A DNA stretch of 64,000 nucleotides from the human T2T-CHM13v2.0 reference genome, Homo sapiens: the NCBI RefSeq assembly GCF_009914755.1, contig NC_060925.1; one strand, written 5' to 3'. Below the pieces are notes generated by a model. It was not told the DNA's origin. It made no database searches and worked only from the letters and a program-made list of their open reading frames with translations. Below are positions 1-17,741 of the stretch, piece by piece. Positions within the stretch are counted from its first letter, which is position 1; every line of letters begins with the position of its first letter. The position numbers were made by a program, and so were the translations under genes.

Positions 1-859
1 ATTGGTATAATGAAGACTACTGAGTGCTAGCCTCCGGACCATTATAAAACTATTAAGTAATAGAATGTCTTGAATAGTCTTTTTGGAGTTTATATTAGGC
101 TCATATTTAAGAACTGCTAATGAGGTACACCATGGCTGCATGAGGTTGTGGCAAGAGCATTGGACCTCAGTGAAGTTACTCACTCATCTTGAGCCTTAGG
201 CCTTTACCTGTGTTATTTGCCCTGCATAACTCACAGGGCCTCTGAAGAAATGAGATAGTACATTTGAAATCACTTTGTACCCGGTAAAACATGCAAGTGA
301 GGTTTTTTTTTTCTCATAGCCCTTTACAAGAGATGTGAAGTTCATACAATTTTGCTTAAGTGTATCCTTTTTCTCAAGAAGCTTATGCTATAAATAGAAA
401 TTGAAAATGTTTACCAATATAAATGACAGATTAAATGGAATCTGCACATAGATTACCTGGACTGTATCAATAGCATACTGTGCCTTCAGTATTACTAGAA
501 ATAAGAGTATGTCTGTCTTTGAGAGGTTTGAGATACTCAGGGTTTTCTTCCTCTAAAAGGTGCTTTTATACTACATCTAATACTTGGCATATTCCCATCC
601 CATGCCTCTTAATGAAAGGAGAGTTTAGGGAATTATTAAATGCTTATAAAGTCTAAGAGAAATTATTTAAATGGAGTCACTCTTTGATGGAGGACTGCTT
701 TAAGTACAAGTTTAAGGTAAAGATAAGCCCTTCTTCCTCATAGAATGATAGACATTCAGTTTAACTTTGATATTCAAAATAGTGCTATAATTGTATATAA
801 GGCTACCGGTGTGGTCTGACAGAAAATTATGCAAAGATGCCCTTACGAATAAAGACCTA

Positions 860-1154
<295 letters not shown>

Positions 1155-3054
1155 CTAAACCAAAGGACCACCTTATAAAACAACATAGTAAAAATATCTA
1201 CATCATTTGGTTATCTTGTTATTGGAAGACTTGAAAATGTTGATTAATTCAGAACAGGAATATAGTTTGAAATCTTCTCATTGTTTGAAATTCCATAATT
1301 GAGTTGTTTTCACTTAAAATAGCCGTTAGGTTGTTTAATCAATTCAGGTTATATATACCTACATAACAGTTATTCTCCTATGGCCAGATTCATTTCTTTC
1401 TGGAAATTATGACACTAATTTTATAATCCAAAAATATATTAGGACAAATTCTATTTACTTTTCCAGAAGTTAAATGGGTATTTTTGTTCTACTAGTGTGG
1501 TTTCTAGCTAAACAATCAGATAGTTGTTCTTAAATGCTTACTATTTTATCATGAACATTTGCTTCTCTAGCTGCTGTAGTTAGAGCATTCATTCTCCAGA
1601 TAATTATTGAGCACCTACTTTGGGCCAGTCTCCATGCTTTGATTTGAGGGTGCAGTGGTGAACAAAAGCAGACAAGTGAGGAAGCCTCCTACCAAAGAAG
1701 GGTACTTGATATTTTGTTCTCTCATACCTCTCTCTGGTACCCTGTGTCTTTCAAGTACTTTACTTGGCTATGGGATATGTATATAGTAGCACATGCAGGA
1801 AATGCTTCTTAAATGAAAAGATGGGAACTGAAGTAGTGATTGATGTCTGTAGAGTCAGTTTGATTAAACATAGCTTAGTAAAAGCAGACAAACCAAAAAC
1901 AGATTTTAGGTTTTAATTAAACCTGAAAAGGCTAGAAGTATAGAGAAGAAAAAGAGGAAGGTAGTTGTAATATGTGGAGTAACAGGAACTAAAATTTGCC
2001 TTTATTATCATGTGTGCAGGGTTTTTGTTTTTGTTTTAAAGAGACAGGGTCTCACTGTCACCCAGGCTGGCGTGCAGTGCAGTTATACTGCAGCCACAAA
2101 CTCCTGGACTCAAGCTATCATCCTCCTGCCTTCGCCTCCCAAATAGCTGGGATTACAGGCACACACCACTATGCCCAGACAGGGTCTCAGTATGTTGCCT
2201 AGGCTGGCAAGATTTATTTTTTAAAGATATCGATATAAGTTCTAAATACTTGATGTGTGAAATACTGAGATAGATATTTCATAGAATTTTAGAGCTGGAA
2301 TATTTAAGGGGATCATCAAAGTTCCAGAATGTGTTTTTTGCAACTCAGAGCTAAGACATAATGCTTTTTTATACAGATGAATGAAACGAAACATAATAGA
2401 ATCCAAATTTTGATAAATATTTGGTTTTAGAATATGTTATGTGAGGTACTTGGAGAAAACATACTTTTATAGGTGGTTTTCTAGACTAAAATTAACATTT
2501 TAATAGGATCGGCTTCTCCGCTATCCCTATGCCATTGAACTATAGATGGTCTAAAATAAACCCTGGCCCACATTAATGTTTTTATTTAAAATTAATTTGC
2601 ATTTCTTCAACACAAGGTTAAATAGAATGAGCGTATTGAATCTCAGGATGTTAACCCTAAAATTAAAATATTCCATAAATAATCCACAATGAGGGTCAGT
2701 CACAAATGGAATAGATAATTGAGTTGGTACCATAATACAGATTTTGGTTCTTAATTGAGCAATTTAGAAGAATTTTATTTAGTATTTCTTTCCTTCCTAC
2801 AGCTACGGTTTGCTGAGAAAAAATGCAAATTTCTCCATCAAGACTATAAATTTTATATGGCAGGAAACTTGTCTCTAGTTCACTATCATCACTAGTTCGC
2901 AACAGTTGTCACTTAGAAAGCTTGTCTCTACTTCTCTAGTGTAAATAAAAGCTCTGTAAACCTTTGTTGAATAAATAAGGGATGATCATGTAATAAAGCT
3001 AGTATGTTTCACATTTTATATATTTTTAAATGTTTTCTCTTCCTATATTAACAG

Positions 3055-3111
3055 TGAGTGAAGATCTTGTAATCAGGTTACGTCGACCCCCTCTAAGATA
3101 CCCAAGATATG
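3055..3111 (+). CDS. TOR1AIP1: TOR1AIP1/LAP1 internal coding exon (exon 3), (V)SEDLVIRLRRPPLRYPRY(E), 57 nt, phase 1/1
   Basis: Pyrimidine tract and TAACAG acceptor ending 3054; G|GTAAGA donor at 3112; translation matches recalled human LAP1B and joins in frame to the next exons. Confidence 0.96.
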
Positions 3112-3394
3112 GTAAGAGATTGTTTGTCTGTTGGTTTACCTTTGTTATAAATACAGTTTTATTTTTAAATATGGTTGTACATGTATTCATATGATTCAGA
3201 ACTTAAAAGTTACTGTAAATATACATTAAAAAATCTCCCTGTCCCCTCTGTCATTCAGCCAGCCAGTCTCTCTTCATCAAAAGCAACCAATGTTGTCAGT
3301 TTATATTTTTTGGAGATTTACAGAAATTCATGGATGAAATTATCTTGTCCTTTTTATAATACAAATTTTGGCTTTATAAACTCTCATTTCTGTC

Positions 3395-3689
3395 TTTTTT
3401 TTTTTTTTAATTTGAGACAAGATCTCGCTCTGTCATCCAGGCTGGAGTGCAGTGGCACAACCAGGGCTGACTGCAGTCTCAATCTCTCTGGCTCAAGCAG
3501 TCCTCCTGCCTTAGCCTGCCAAGTAGCTGAGACTATGCATCCACCACCACGCCTGGCTGATTTTTGTATCTTTTGTAGAGATGGGGTTTTGCCATGTTAC
3601 CCACATGATCTCAAACGCCTGGGTAAGTGATCCACCCACCTCAGCCTCCCAGAGTGCTGGGATTACAGGCATGAGCCACGGCACCTGGC
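3395..3689 (-). mobile_element. AluJ-like SINE
   Basis: Poly-T followed by diverged antisense Alu dimer. Confidence 0.9.
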
Positions 3690-4347
3690 TTACTTTTCTG
3701 CACTTTCTTGTTTATTTTTACTTAACATATATACAGAGATATTTCTATATTCATATATAAAAAGCTTCCTTTTTTAAAGAGATTGTTTCTTATATATTCC
3801 TGTGATTCTTTATGATGATTTTAAACTATGGTCAGGGACTTTATTCTTCCAGTATACTGCTAACAAAAAATTCAAGCTGGAGCTCTGTGGCACAGAACGA
3901 CAAAATGTCCCTCCCTCAGTTATCTTTTTGACTAAAACAATTAAAAGTATTGCCCTGAAATTGATTTCATGACTATGAAGAAAACTAGTAAAGACACTCC
4001 AAGCAGTCTACTTTTACTTCATTTTCCTTGTTTTTTTGGCTCTTAAAGATGCTTTATCATGGGAACTAAAAAGGAAATGTATTTATCTTTATATTAGGCT
4101 TCTGTACCTTCCCATTCTCTTTATCAAAGAATGATGTTGATTTATTTCGATAGATAGTTGACTATCCTTTTAAGTATTCCAGTGGTAAAGATCTACTAAG
4201 GTTTTGTTAATGAACCTGTGGTAAAGAACCATATGATGCATTTCCTTTTCAACCCTAATCATTCTCTTGCTATGTCTCTTGCAGATTCGACATACAAAAC
4301 AAATAGAAATACTAAAATGAGTGAATTATGTTCGTTTATTTCTATTC

Positions 4348-4657
4348 TTTTTTTTTTCCAGGCAGGGTCTCACTCTCACCCAGGCTGGAGTGCGGTGGCG
4401 TGATCTTGGCTCACTGCAGCCTCCTCCTCCTATTGTAGTCCCAGCTACTCTGGAGGCTCAACTGAGCCTCCTACTTCAGCCTCTGGAGTAGCTGGAACTA
4501 CAGTCATGCATCACCATGCCTGGCTGATTCCTGTGTTTTTTATAGAGATGGGGTTTCACCATGTTGCCCAGGCTAGTCTCGAATTCCTGGGCTCTAGCAA
4601 TCCACCCGCTTTGGCCTCCCAAAGTGCTGGGATTATTGGCATGCACAACTGCGCCCA
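4348..4657 (-). mobile_element. AluJ-like SINE with internal inverted segment
   Basis: Antisense Alu consensus with a sense-oriented patch at 4434-4460. Confidence 0.88.
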
Positions 4658-4956
4658 ACCCTATCTCTAATTCTTACAAGGTCTCTTTGAGGGTCCAGAT
4701 TAATAGAATACAAGAGTATATATATCTAGTCATTGGCTTGAGAATACTAATTTATTATGTCAGTTTGTGGGGACCCAGTCCCTATGACTAGGACCTCCCA
4801 TAAACAGCCTTGGTTTTTGTTGTCTATAATTATGCCTATATTATTGCTTAAATTCATATAAAAACATGTAATCAATTTAGTCCTGCTAGTCTTCATTAAA
4901 TTCACACTATTAGGAAAAAGGAGATAACAACTTACCAATTAAGGTTTTTCTCTTGA

Positions 4957-5673
<717 letters not shown>

Positions 5674-5899
5674 TAATTCATTTCAGTGTCTGCCTGGCTA
5701 TAGGACATGACATACCATGATTTGTGGTTTTAAATGAATCTACATTGAATGTTGTTAGACTTAGTTTTTTTTACATTTTAATTATTTTCTAAATTTGAAG
5801 ATGAGCCAAAAGGGAAACGCTTCATTTTTCTTTATAAATCATTGTACCTTCCTCTAATTCATCTTTCACTTAAGTTCAGGCCACTTCTTTAGAGACTTA

Positions 5900-7000
<1,101 letters not shown>

Positions 7001-7164
7001 GTGACATTTTTCAATTCCTTTATAGTAATGTTAGTACACCTTGGAGTTTATGAAATGGCCATTCGTGGAGCTTGAATACTAGTGATACCACCAGACTATT
7101 CTTTGCTCTTTCCTGCTGCCCCACTCTTGACTCTGTTCTCAAAAGCGTGATTGGCATCAAATAG

Positions 7165-7462
<298 letters not shown>

Positions 7463-7487
7463 CAGATAGTCTTAAAACTATCTGTAC

Positions 7488-7672
7488 CAGGGGTTAGCAA
7501 GCTACCGCTTCTGGGTGAAATTGGCCTACAATCTTTTTAATCAGCCCATGAACTAAGAAGGAATTTTTACACTGCTGAAAAAGACAAAGCATGTAACAGA
7601 GACCTTATGTGACTCACAAAGCTTAAAATATCTACTATTTAGTCCTTTATAAAAAAAGTTTGCTGACCCCTG
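7488..7672. mobile_element. MER58-like hAT-Charlie non-autonomous DNA transposon
   Basis: TIRs CAGGGGTTAGCAA / TTGCTGACCCCTG; 8-bp TSD atctgtac / atttatac. Confidence 0.85.
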
Positions 7673-7704
7673 ATTTATACTGATGGCAAGAATAAAGACA
7701 ACAA

Positions 7705-9679
<1,975 letters not shown>

Positions 9680-11154
9680 TTAACTTTCGACATGTAGCAG
9701 CCAAGTTTAAAATAGAGGTAGGTGAAAAACAAAAGAGGGAAATGAAATTAAAGCTTATGTAGTCATGGCTACTGATTCATCATCAGATCGCACTTAAATA
9801 TTTATTTCCATTCTTTGCAGCTTGGGTAAAAAGGTGGAATGTTTAAAACCTTGCAGGTATCTAATTATTAAGCACTAATTTCAGACTTTTTAAGTTGCTA
9901 AGTAACGTTAATCATAGTATGAGAAATATTAGCAAAAATCTGGACTTAACATCTTTATTCTATAATCATAAAATCTATTTTATTCATGGAACAAACTTTT
10001 TTTATTTTTATTTTTTTTGAGACAGGGTCTCACTCTGTCACCCAGGCTGGAGTGCAGTAGCGTGATCTCGGCTCACTGCAACCTCCGCCTCAAAGTGCTG
10101 GGATTACAAGGCATGAGCCACCATGCCCAGCCAAACATTTTTAAACACCTTCTTTATGTCAGTGACCGACCTAAGTGCTAGGATCATAAATAGCCATTCA
10201 GGTTTTTTTTTTTCCTACCTCTTAGATGTACGTGATGTAATGGAAGAGAAAAACAAGTTTACAAATCTTTTTTTTTTTTAAGTGCTGAAATAGTGACATA
10301 TGTCTGCGGGATCCTAGACGAGAAGCACCCTACTCAGTGGAAGAGGTTGAGGCGGTTTTATGAGTTGGAAATGACATTTGGATTGAATTTTGAGGGATGA
10401 ATAGCAGGCAGAATGAGGACGGAGACTTGCAAATACTACAGTTTGCTTTATAATAGACATTTTACCTTTAGAGAGCATGCAATATGAGAAATTAAAGTCT
10501 TTTATATTACAGACAATACTCTCACACTAGCCATAATTCTTTATCTGAGACATTAAATAATGTTTAGAATGACATTCGAAATCATAGCAGGCTTGGGTTT
10601 CTTGAGCTTTGTTTACCAGAATGAAAACCTTGTTTTAAAATGTATCTGTAGCCAAGACAGTAGATAACCTGATTCAATAATGATTGATTGTCAAATCTAC
10701 GGGGATTATTATTATTTAAGATCTAATTCATAGATATTATTGGATTATAAAACACAAAATAGTACTTTTTTTGTTTTTAGTGATGGGATCAAGATAGCAT
10801 TGCATAACTAGTTATTCTTGTTTTGAATACTATTGATAAATATTTATTGTTAGGAACATAGAATTCTAAAAAAGGATCTTTAGTCACTAGATTAAATCCA
10901 GAAGTCTGAAAAGTGTTGAAAAATGGATAGAATCCATGATTTATTAGATACTTCAAATATAATAACATGTTAGAAGTATTAAAATCAAATGGGGAGCTCC
11001 CTTATGTAAGCTGGCTAAAAAATAATTATTAAACCATCTCTCCATGCTAATTAGATAACACATAGATAAGCAGAAAAAAGATTGAATTTTAGGCAACTTG
11101 GTATATGGAGAAATGACTGTTAAATGAATTGGCTCTAGACAAATTGACCTGGAA

Positions 11155-11209
11155 CTTCAAATGTGTACAGAAATAAAACATATCTTCAAATGTATACAGA
11201 TAAAACATA
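11155..11209 (+). repeat. ~28-bp imperfect tandem duplication, with a nearby (TACTG)n run at about 11244-11270
   Basis: cttcaaatgtgtacagaaataaaacata / cttcaaatgtatacagataaaacata. Confidence 0.85.
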
Positions 11210-11537
11210 CCTATCGAAAAAAGGGATTACTGTATTAGTCATACTACTGTACTGTGTACTGTACTGTACTATTCTGATAGCTCAACAAATGAATGTAAAT
11301 CTCCAACATATCCTTTCCATTATTATAGATTCTAAAATCTATTCAGCCCTAGTTAAAGAGGTTTTGTCTACCATATAATTTTTAGAGTAACTATGTAAAA
11401 CATAACACTGAAATATAAATGGGACCTTAGTAAAGCCTACTGTATTACATGAATTACACTTAGAAGTTTATTGGAACCTCTCATATTAGGAAAAGTTCAG
11501 CTGTCAGCCGTTTCTTTATTCATCTATTCAAAAAATT

Positions 11538-11847
<310 letters not shown>

Positions 11848-13348
11848 TTACTATGTGCTGTTATGAACAAGACTGATGAGGTGGTAGGATTGTAATAGAC
11901 TGGAAGTCAGAAGAACCTGCGGTCTTCTGGCTTTTTTTATTATTAAATTAGACCTATACCCTTAGACAAGTCACTTGATATCTATGAACCTTACTTATGA
12001 AAATCTTCCCTTATGATGAGATGGGAATCAGATGACATTCATGAAGGGTTTTTTGAAAATCAAATAGCATCATGCAAATATTAAGGACTTAGCATTTTAA
12101 GATAATAACAAAAATATGATTATTGATTCTTAAGAAAGCATCTTGTATTTGCATGCTATGTGAATAGTTACATAAATGAATAAAGTAAAACTGCTATACA
12201 AAAATATGAAGTACTATAATAATTATGCACTTAGATAATAAAACTTCAAAAAGAGAACAATACCTTTTTGTAGGAATGGAAATATTAATTAAAAATTTTT
12301 GGCCAGCTGTGGAGCTCATGCCTGTATTACAGTCTCAGTACTTTAAGAGACCAAAGTGCTGGGATTACAGGCTAGGAGATGGGAGGATTGCTTGAGGCCA
12401 GGAGTTTGAGACCAGCCTGGTCATGATGTAAAACCCCATCTCTTGTTTTAAATTAAAATCTTAAAAAAAATTTTTTTCGTTTGACTTTTCCTTTTTCTCC
12501 CTCAAAAAAGAGAAAAAGAAAGGACAGTGTTCCTAAGAAACCTAGAGCAAAATAGTACTTAATACACCAGAGTCTAGCTCTTTAAGAGTAACATGGTGTT
12601 ATCAGCAGTTTTCTCTGGGTTAGTTTTTTTTTTTAAATAAAAAAATGTTGGCAAATATATTTCAGATACTGATTTGCACTTGCCACTGTCAAGAGGAAGT
12701 ATTTTCAGTGGAACTCAAAGCTTGACTAGTATTATACTAATCTAATTAAATGGATTTAAAATAAATATTTTCAAATTCACCGTATAATGTGTTAGCAGTT
12801 GCTTTCTATAATACTATTGTCCCTTTTAATAAGCAAATTGAGGTTAAAATCAGTAGAGATAAAAGCTGAAATTTTCTCAGCTTTGTTGAAGAAGTCTAAA
12901 TCATGCTACTTCTCTACATATGATCCTTCAGCGATATTTTAACCCAATTGTGAAATACCTGCATTTGGGTACATCTCACTATTTTTTTTTTTTTAAGTTT
13001 CAGAATAGCCCATGTAAAAATACTATGTTCCAAGTTTATTTGATGTGTTTTGCTTGTTTATTTTTGTTCAAATTCTCTTTTGCACTGGAAAACAGTGACA
13101 TACATGGACCCGCCAGAACTAGAAGTTTCTTTACCTTTCTTCCTCTTTGGATACACCAATGCTCGAAAGAACTGGGTTATCAGTCCAGTTAGTGTAGTTG
13201 GTTTTTAAAGGGAGTATAGGGGATTTGGCAAATAAGAGAATGAGAATATAGCAAACCTATACACACTAGAATATTTGTCAATGTAGAATTTAATGTTTTT
13301 TTTGCATACAAAGGTTACATTTTAGAGTAAAAATAGACCTGTGACTGA

Positions 13349-13699
<351 letters not shown>

Positions 13700-13743
13700 T
13701 AATGTGTCCTCATGTTCATTTTCCTAAACGAGATGCTCTTTTA

Positions 13744-13803
13744 TTTATTCCTAAGCTTTAACTTTTTTCCTAAGCTTTTGTTTATTCCTAAGCTTTAACT
13801 TTT
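13744..13803 (+). repeat. Local direct repeat: TTTATTCCTAAGCTTTAACTTTT twice plus a partial copy
   Basis: Copies at 13744, 13767 (partial) and 13781. Confidence 0.9.
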
Positions 13804-13846
13804 GATGTTATATGTTTAATATTTGATGTATGCTTTTTTCTTCTAG

Positions 13847-13888
13847 AAGCCACCAGTGTCCAACAGAAGGTCAATTTCTCTGAAGAAG
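13847..13888 (+). CDS. TOR1AIP1: TOR1AIP1 exon 4, (E)ATSVQQKVNFSEE(G), 42 nt, phase 1/1
   Basis: ttttttcttctag acceptor, G|GTATTT donor; peptide matches LAP1 and includes an RVxF-like KVNF motif. Confidence 0.95.
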
Positions 13889-13982
13889 GTATTTTACTTG
13901 TAAATATCATATAATATATACTTTAAGTCTTTTTCTTTACATTAGAAGCCATTCTGATAGATATTTAAGAAGTGGGAACAGA

Positions 13983-14302
13983 GCCGGGGACTGTGGCACA
14001 TGCCTGTAGTCTCAGCTACTCGGGAGGCTGAGGCAGGAAGATCACTTAAGTCCAGGAGTTCTGGGCTGTCTGTAGTGCACTATGCCGATCAGGTGTCTGC
14101 ACTAAGTTTGGCTTCAATATGGTGACCTCCCGGGAGCGGGGGACCACCATGTTGCCTAAAGAGGGGTGAATCCATTCAGTTCAGAAACGGACCAGGTCAA
14201 AACTCCCGTGCTGATCAGTAGTGGGATTGCAACTGTGAATGGCCACTGCACTCCAGCCTGGGCAACCTAGTGAGAGCCCATCTCTTAAAAAAAAAAAACA
14301 AA
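13983..14302 (+). pseudogene. Full-length 7SL (SRP RNA) retropseudogene in intron 4
   Basis: Alu-domain ends enclose the 7SL S-domain (tatgccgatc...actaagttt...ggtgacctcccgggagcgggggaccacc...caggtcaaaactcccgtgctgatcagtagtgggat); A-tail; 16-bp TSD aagaagtgggaacaga (13967) / aagaagttagaacaga (14303). Confidence 0.93.
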
Positions 14303-14998
14303 AAGAAGTTAGAACAGAAAATAATGTGTTTTTCTTCAAGAAAAAAAATTCATGCTTATCTGAACTGTTAACTGGGCAGAAATAATAGGACAGATAGAAT
14401 GAGTGATGACAGCCTTACATTTTAAGCATCTTTTGTCTATTTGGGTTCATTTTAAGCAAAGATAATATTTTCTATTATGGTATTAAAGTAATCAGTTTTC
14501 CAAATTCTCATAACCAGTTTATGTTTGAAAAGTACAGGAATAAAATTTAGTTTTTGTTGAAGCTCAGCATAATCTGAGGGTGGTCACCTGCATAATAGAA
14601 TGTTTGTGTGCAGGTGTGTGTACACTACCCCTCTACCACCAACACACACACACAAATACACATCTGAATTTAACTACACACTAATTATATGTAGTTTTCC
14701 TCCCCATAAACTTTTTCCACTGTTTAACGCTCATCTGTTCATTTTTGACTCTACATTAAAGCCTTATAGTTTTTTAGATATTACTCTGAATATTTGTTTA
14801 GGAAAGTATTATGTGCCCCAGAGGACACAAATTGAGATAAATTTTAGTTCCTTTGGAACTTTGGGATTCAAAATAATAAGCATGATAAACAAACAGTAGT
14901 TCTATATCTGATAACTTAAAAGGCTTCTTTTAATGTTAAATTATTTGCTTGGTTTTTTTAAATTCAGATCTTCTGAGCATTAAAATAGACTATATTAG

Positions 14999-15163
<165 letters not shown>

Positions 15164-15718
15164 TGAATTTGCTTTTTAAAAAAAACTTTCAAATTTTTAT
15201 TAATACTTTATAAAAAGTCGTGAATTTTTCTTTAAATATTTATTAAAATTACTGATTTCGTGTTCATCCGATTAATACTATGTCATGATATCTAAACAAA
15301 TCACTTTTAGCTTTTTTTGATATTTGTGGAAAATAAGATATTTTTGTGCTCAAAAGAAGAGTTACTTGTTGTTTTTTGAATTTTATAGAGAAACTAATCA
15401 CATTGCCATTGGGACTGACAACACTATCTGGAGTGTTACTTTTAGGAAGTTTTCATTTAATTATATAACTAGCTTTATCTCTGGATTTTCAAATTCAAAC
15501 CACATTATTAATTAACAAGTTCTGATTGTTTATGTGAATTTAAGTTTATTCAATGAAAGAGTTGACTAAAGAGAGAAAAATACCAGTTTGAGGCTTAAGA
15601 TAATGTTGAACAAGACCCTCCCCCCCAAAAAAGATAATGCTAAACAAATTTGTAAACTCTGTAAATAATGAGTAATTTTATACTTTAGTCCTGCACTTTC
15701 CCTTCACCACCTCCTTAA

Positions 15719-16374
<656 letters not shown>

Positions 16375-17230
16375 TAGTGTCTAGCTAGAATTTCTGGGTT
16401 CCATTCCTTCACTTTTTAGCTGTTTGCCTTTAGAGAGTTATTTAACTTCTGTGTTCCTCAGTCTTGTCATCTGGATTGTTGTGGGGGTTAAATTAATTCA
16501 TATATGCAAAGCACTTACCTGGCACATAGTAAACACTAAGTGCTGTTATTAGTGTTCATACATATTACATGAAGCTCTAAAAATTAGAGGTTAATTAAGC
16601 CATTTATATAGCCAATAGTTTGCTGCCATTGCTACCAGCATAACTATTTGGAAGTACATAAACCTCAGGTCCTGTGATTGCGCGATCGCACTTCAGCCTG
16701 GGCAACAGAGCGAGACTCCATCTCAAAAAAAAAAAAAATATGGGCACTTCACCTTTTTGTATCAATGTGTCTGTTTCCAAAACAGCAACCTGATCACTTT
16801 TAAACTAATTTAGTTATAAATTCTACTTTTATTTGGGAAAAAATGTTTTTAAGAAGAGTAGACTGAAAGCAAGGCATGGTGATAGGTACCTATAGTCCCA
16901 GATACTGAGGAGGCTGAGGCAGGAGGATCCCTTCAGTTCATGACCAGCCTGGGCAGTAACGTGAGACTCCATCTCTTAAAAAAAAAGAAGAAGAAGAAAG
17001 AAAGAAAAAGAGTATACAAAAATATTGCCCACTTGCAATAAAAATTTAAAGCAAAAATGGATATTAATGATTTCAAGATGCTCCACTGTTGTAAACTTTG
17101 AAAATTTTCCGCAACTCAAAGGTTTTATTATGTCATTACCTTGGGGCATGTTCTGTATCATAACAATTTTTTAAGTGGTTATTAGCTAATATTTTAGATG
17201 TGACATGACTCTTTAGAAACTTTTTTAACC

Positions 17231-17528
17231 TTTTTTTTTTTTTTGAGACAGAGTCTCACTCTCTTGTTCAGGCTGGAGTACAGTGGTGCGATCTCGGCTC
17301 GCTGCACCTCTGTCTCCCTGGTTCAAGCAGTTCTCCTGCCCTAAGGCCTCCCGAGTAGCTTGGATTACAGGCACGCGCCACCACGCCCAGATAATTTTTG
17401 TATTTTTAGTGGAGACGGGGTTTCACCACGTTGGCCAGGATGGTCTCAATCTCCTGACCTCAGGTGATCCGCTTGCCTCAGCCTCCCAATGTGCTGGGAT
17501 TATAGGCAAGAGCCACTGCACCCAGCCT
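17231..17528 (-). mobile_element. AluS SINE
   Basis: Antisense dimer; flanking tagaaacttttttaa / tagaaatttttaa TSD-like repeat. Confidence 0.9.
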
Positions 17529-17684
17529 AGAAATTTTTTAAATAAATTATGCATCCACGTTTTTAACCACCTGGGAGTTACCCGAATATTTTTGCTCTTT
17601 TTATTAATTTCTCACTGTTGTCTTGTAAAATGTACAGTCTAAAAGTTGGATATTATTTATAGTGTACTGTTTTTTATTTTTTAG

Positions 17685-17741
17685 ATAAAACCACCAGATC
17701 ATCTAGTCAATATATAGAATCATTTTGGCAGTCATCACAAA
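17685..17741 (+). CDS. TOR1AIP1: TOR1AIP1 exon 6, (D)KTTRSSSQYIESFWQSSQ(S), 57 nt, phase 1/1
   Basis: T-rich tract plus TAG acceptor, A|GTAAGT donor; in-frame match to LAP1. Confidence 0.96.
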
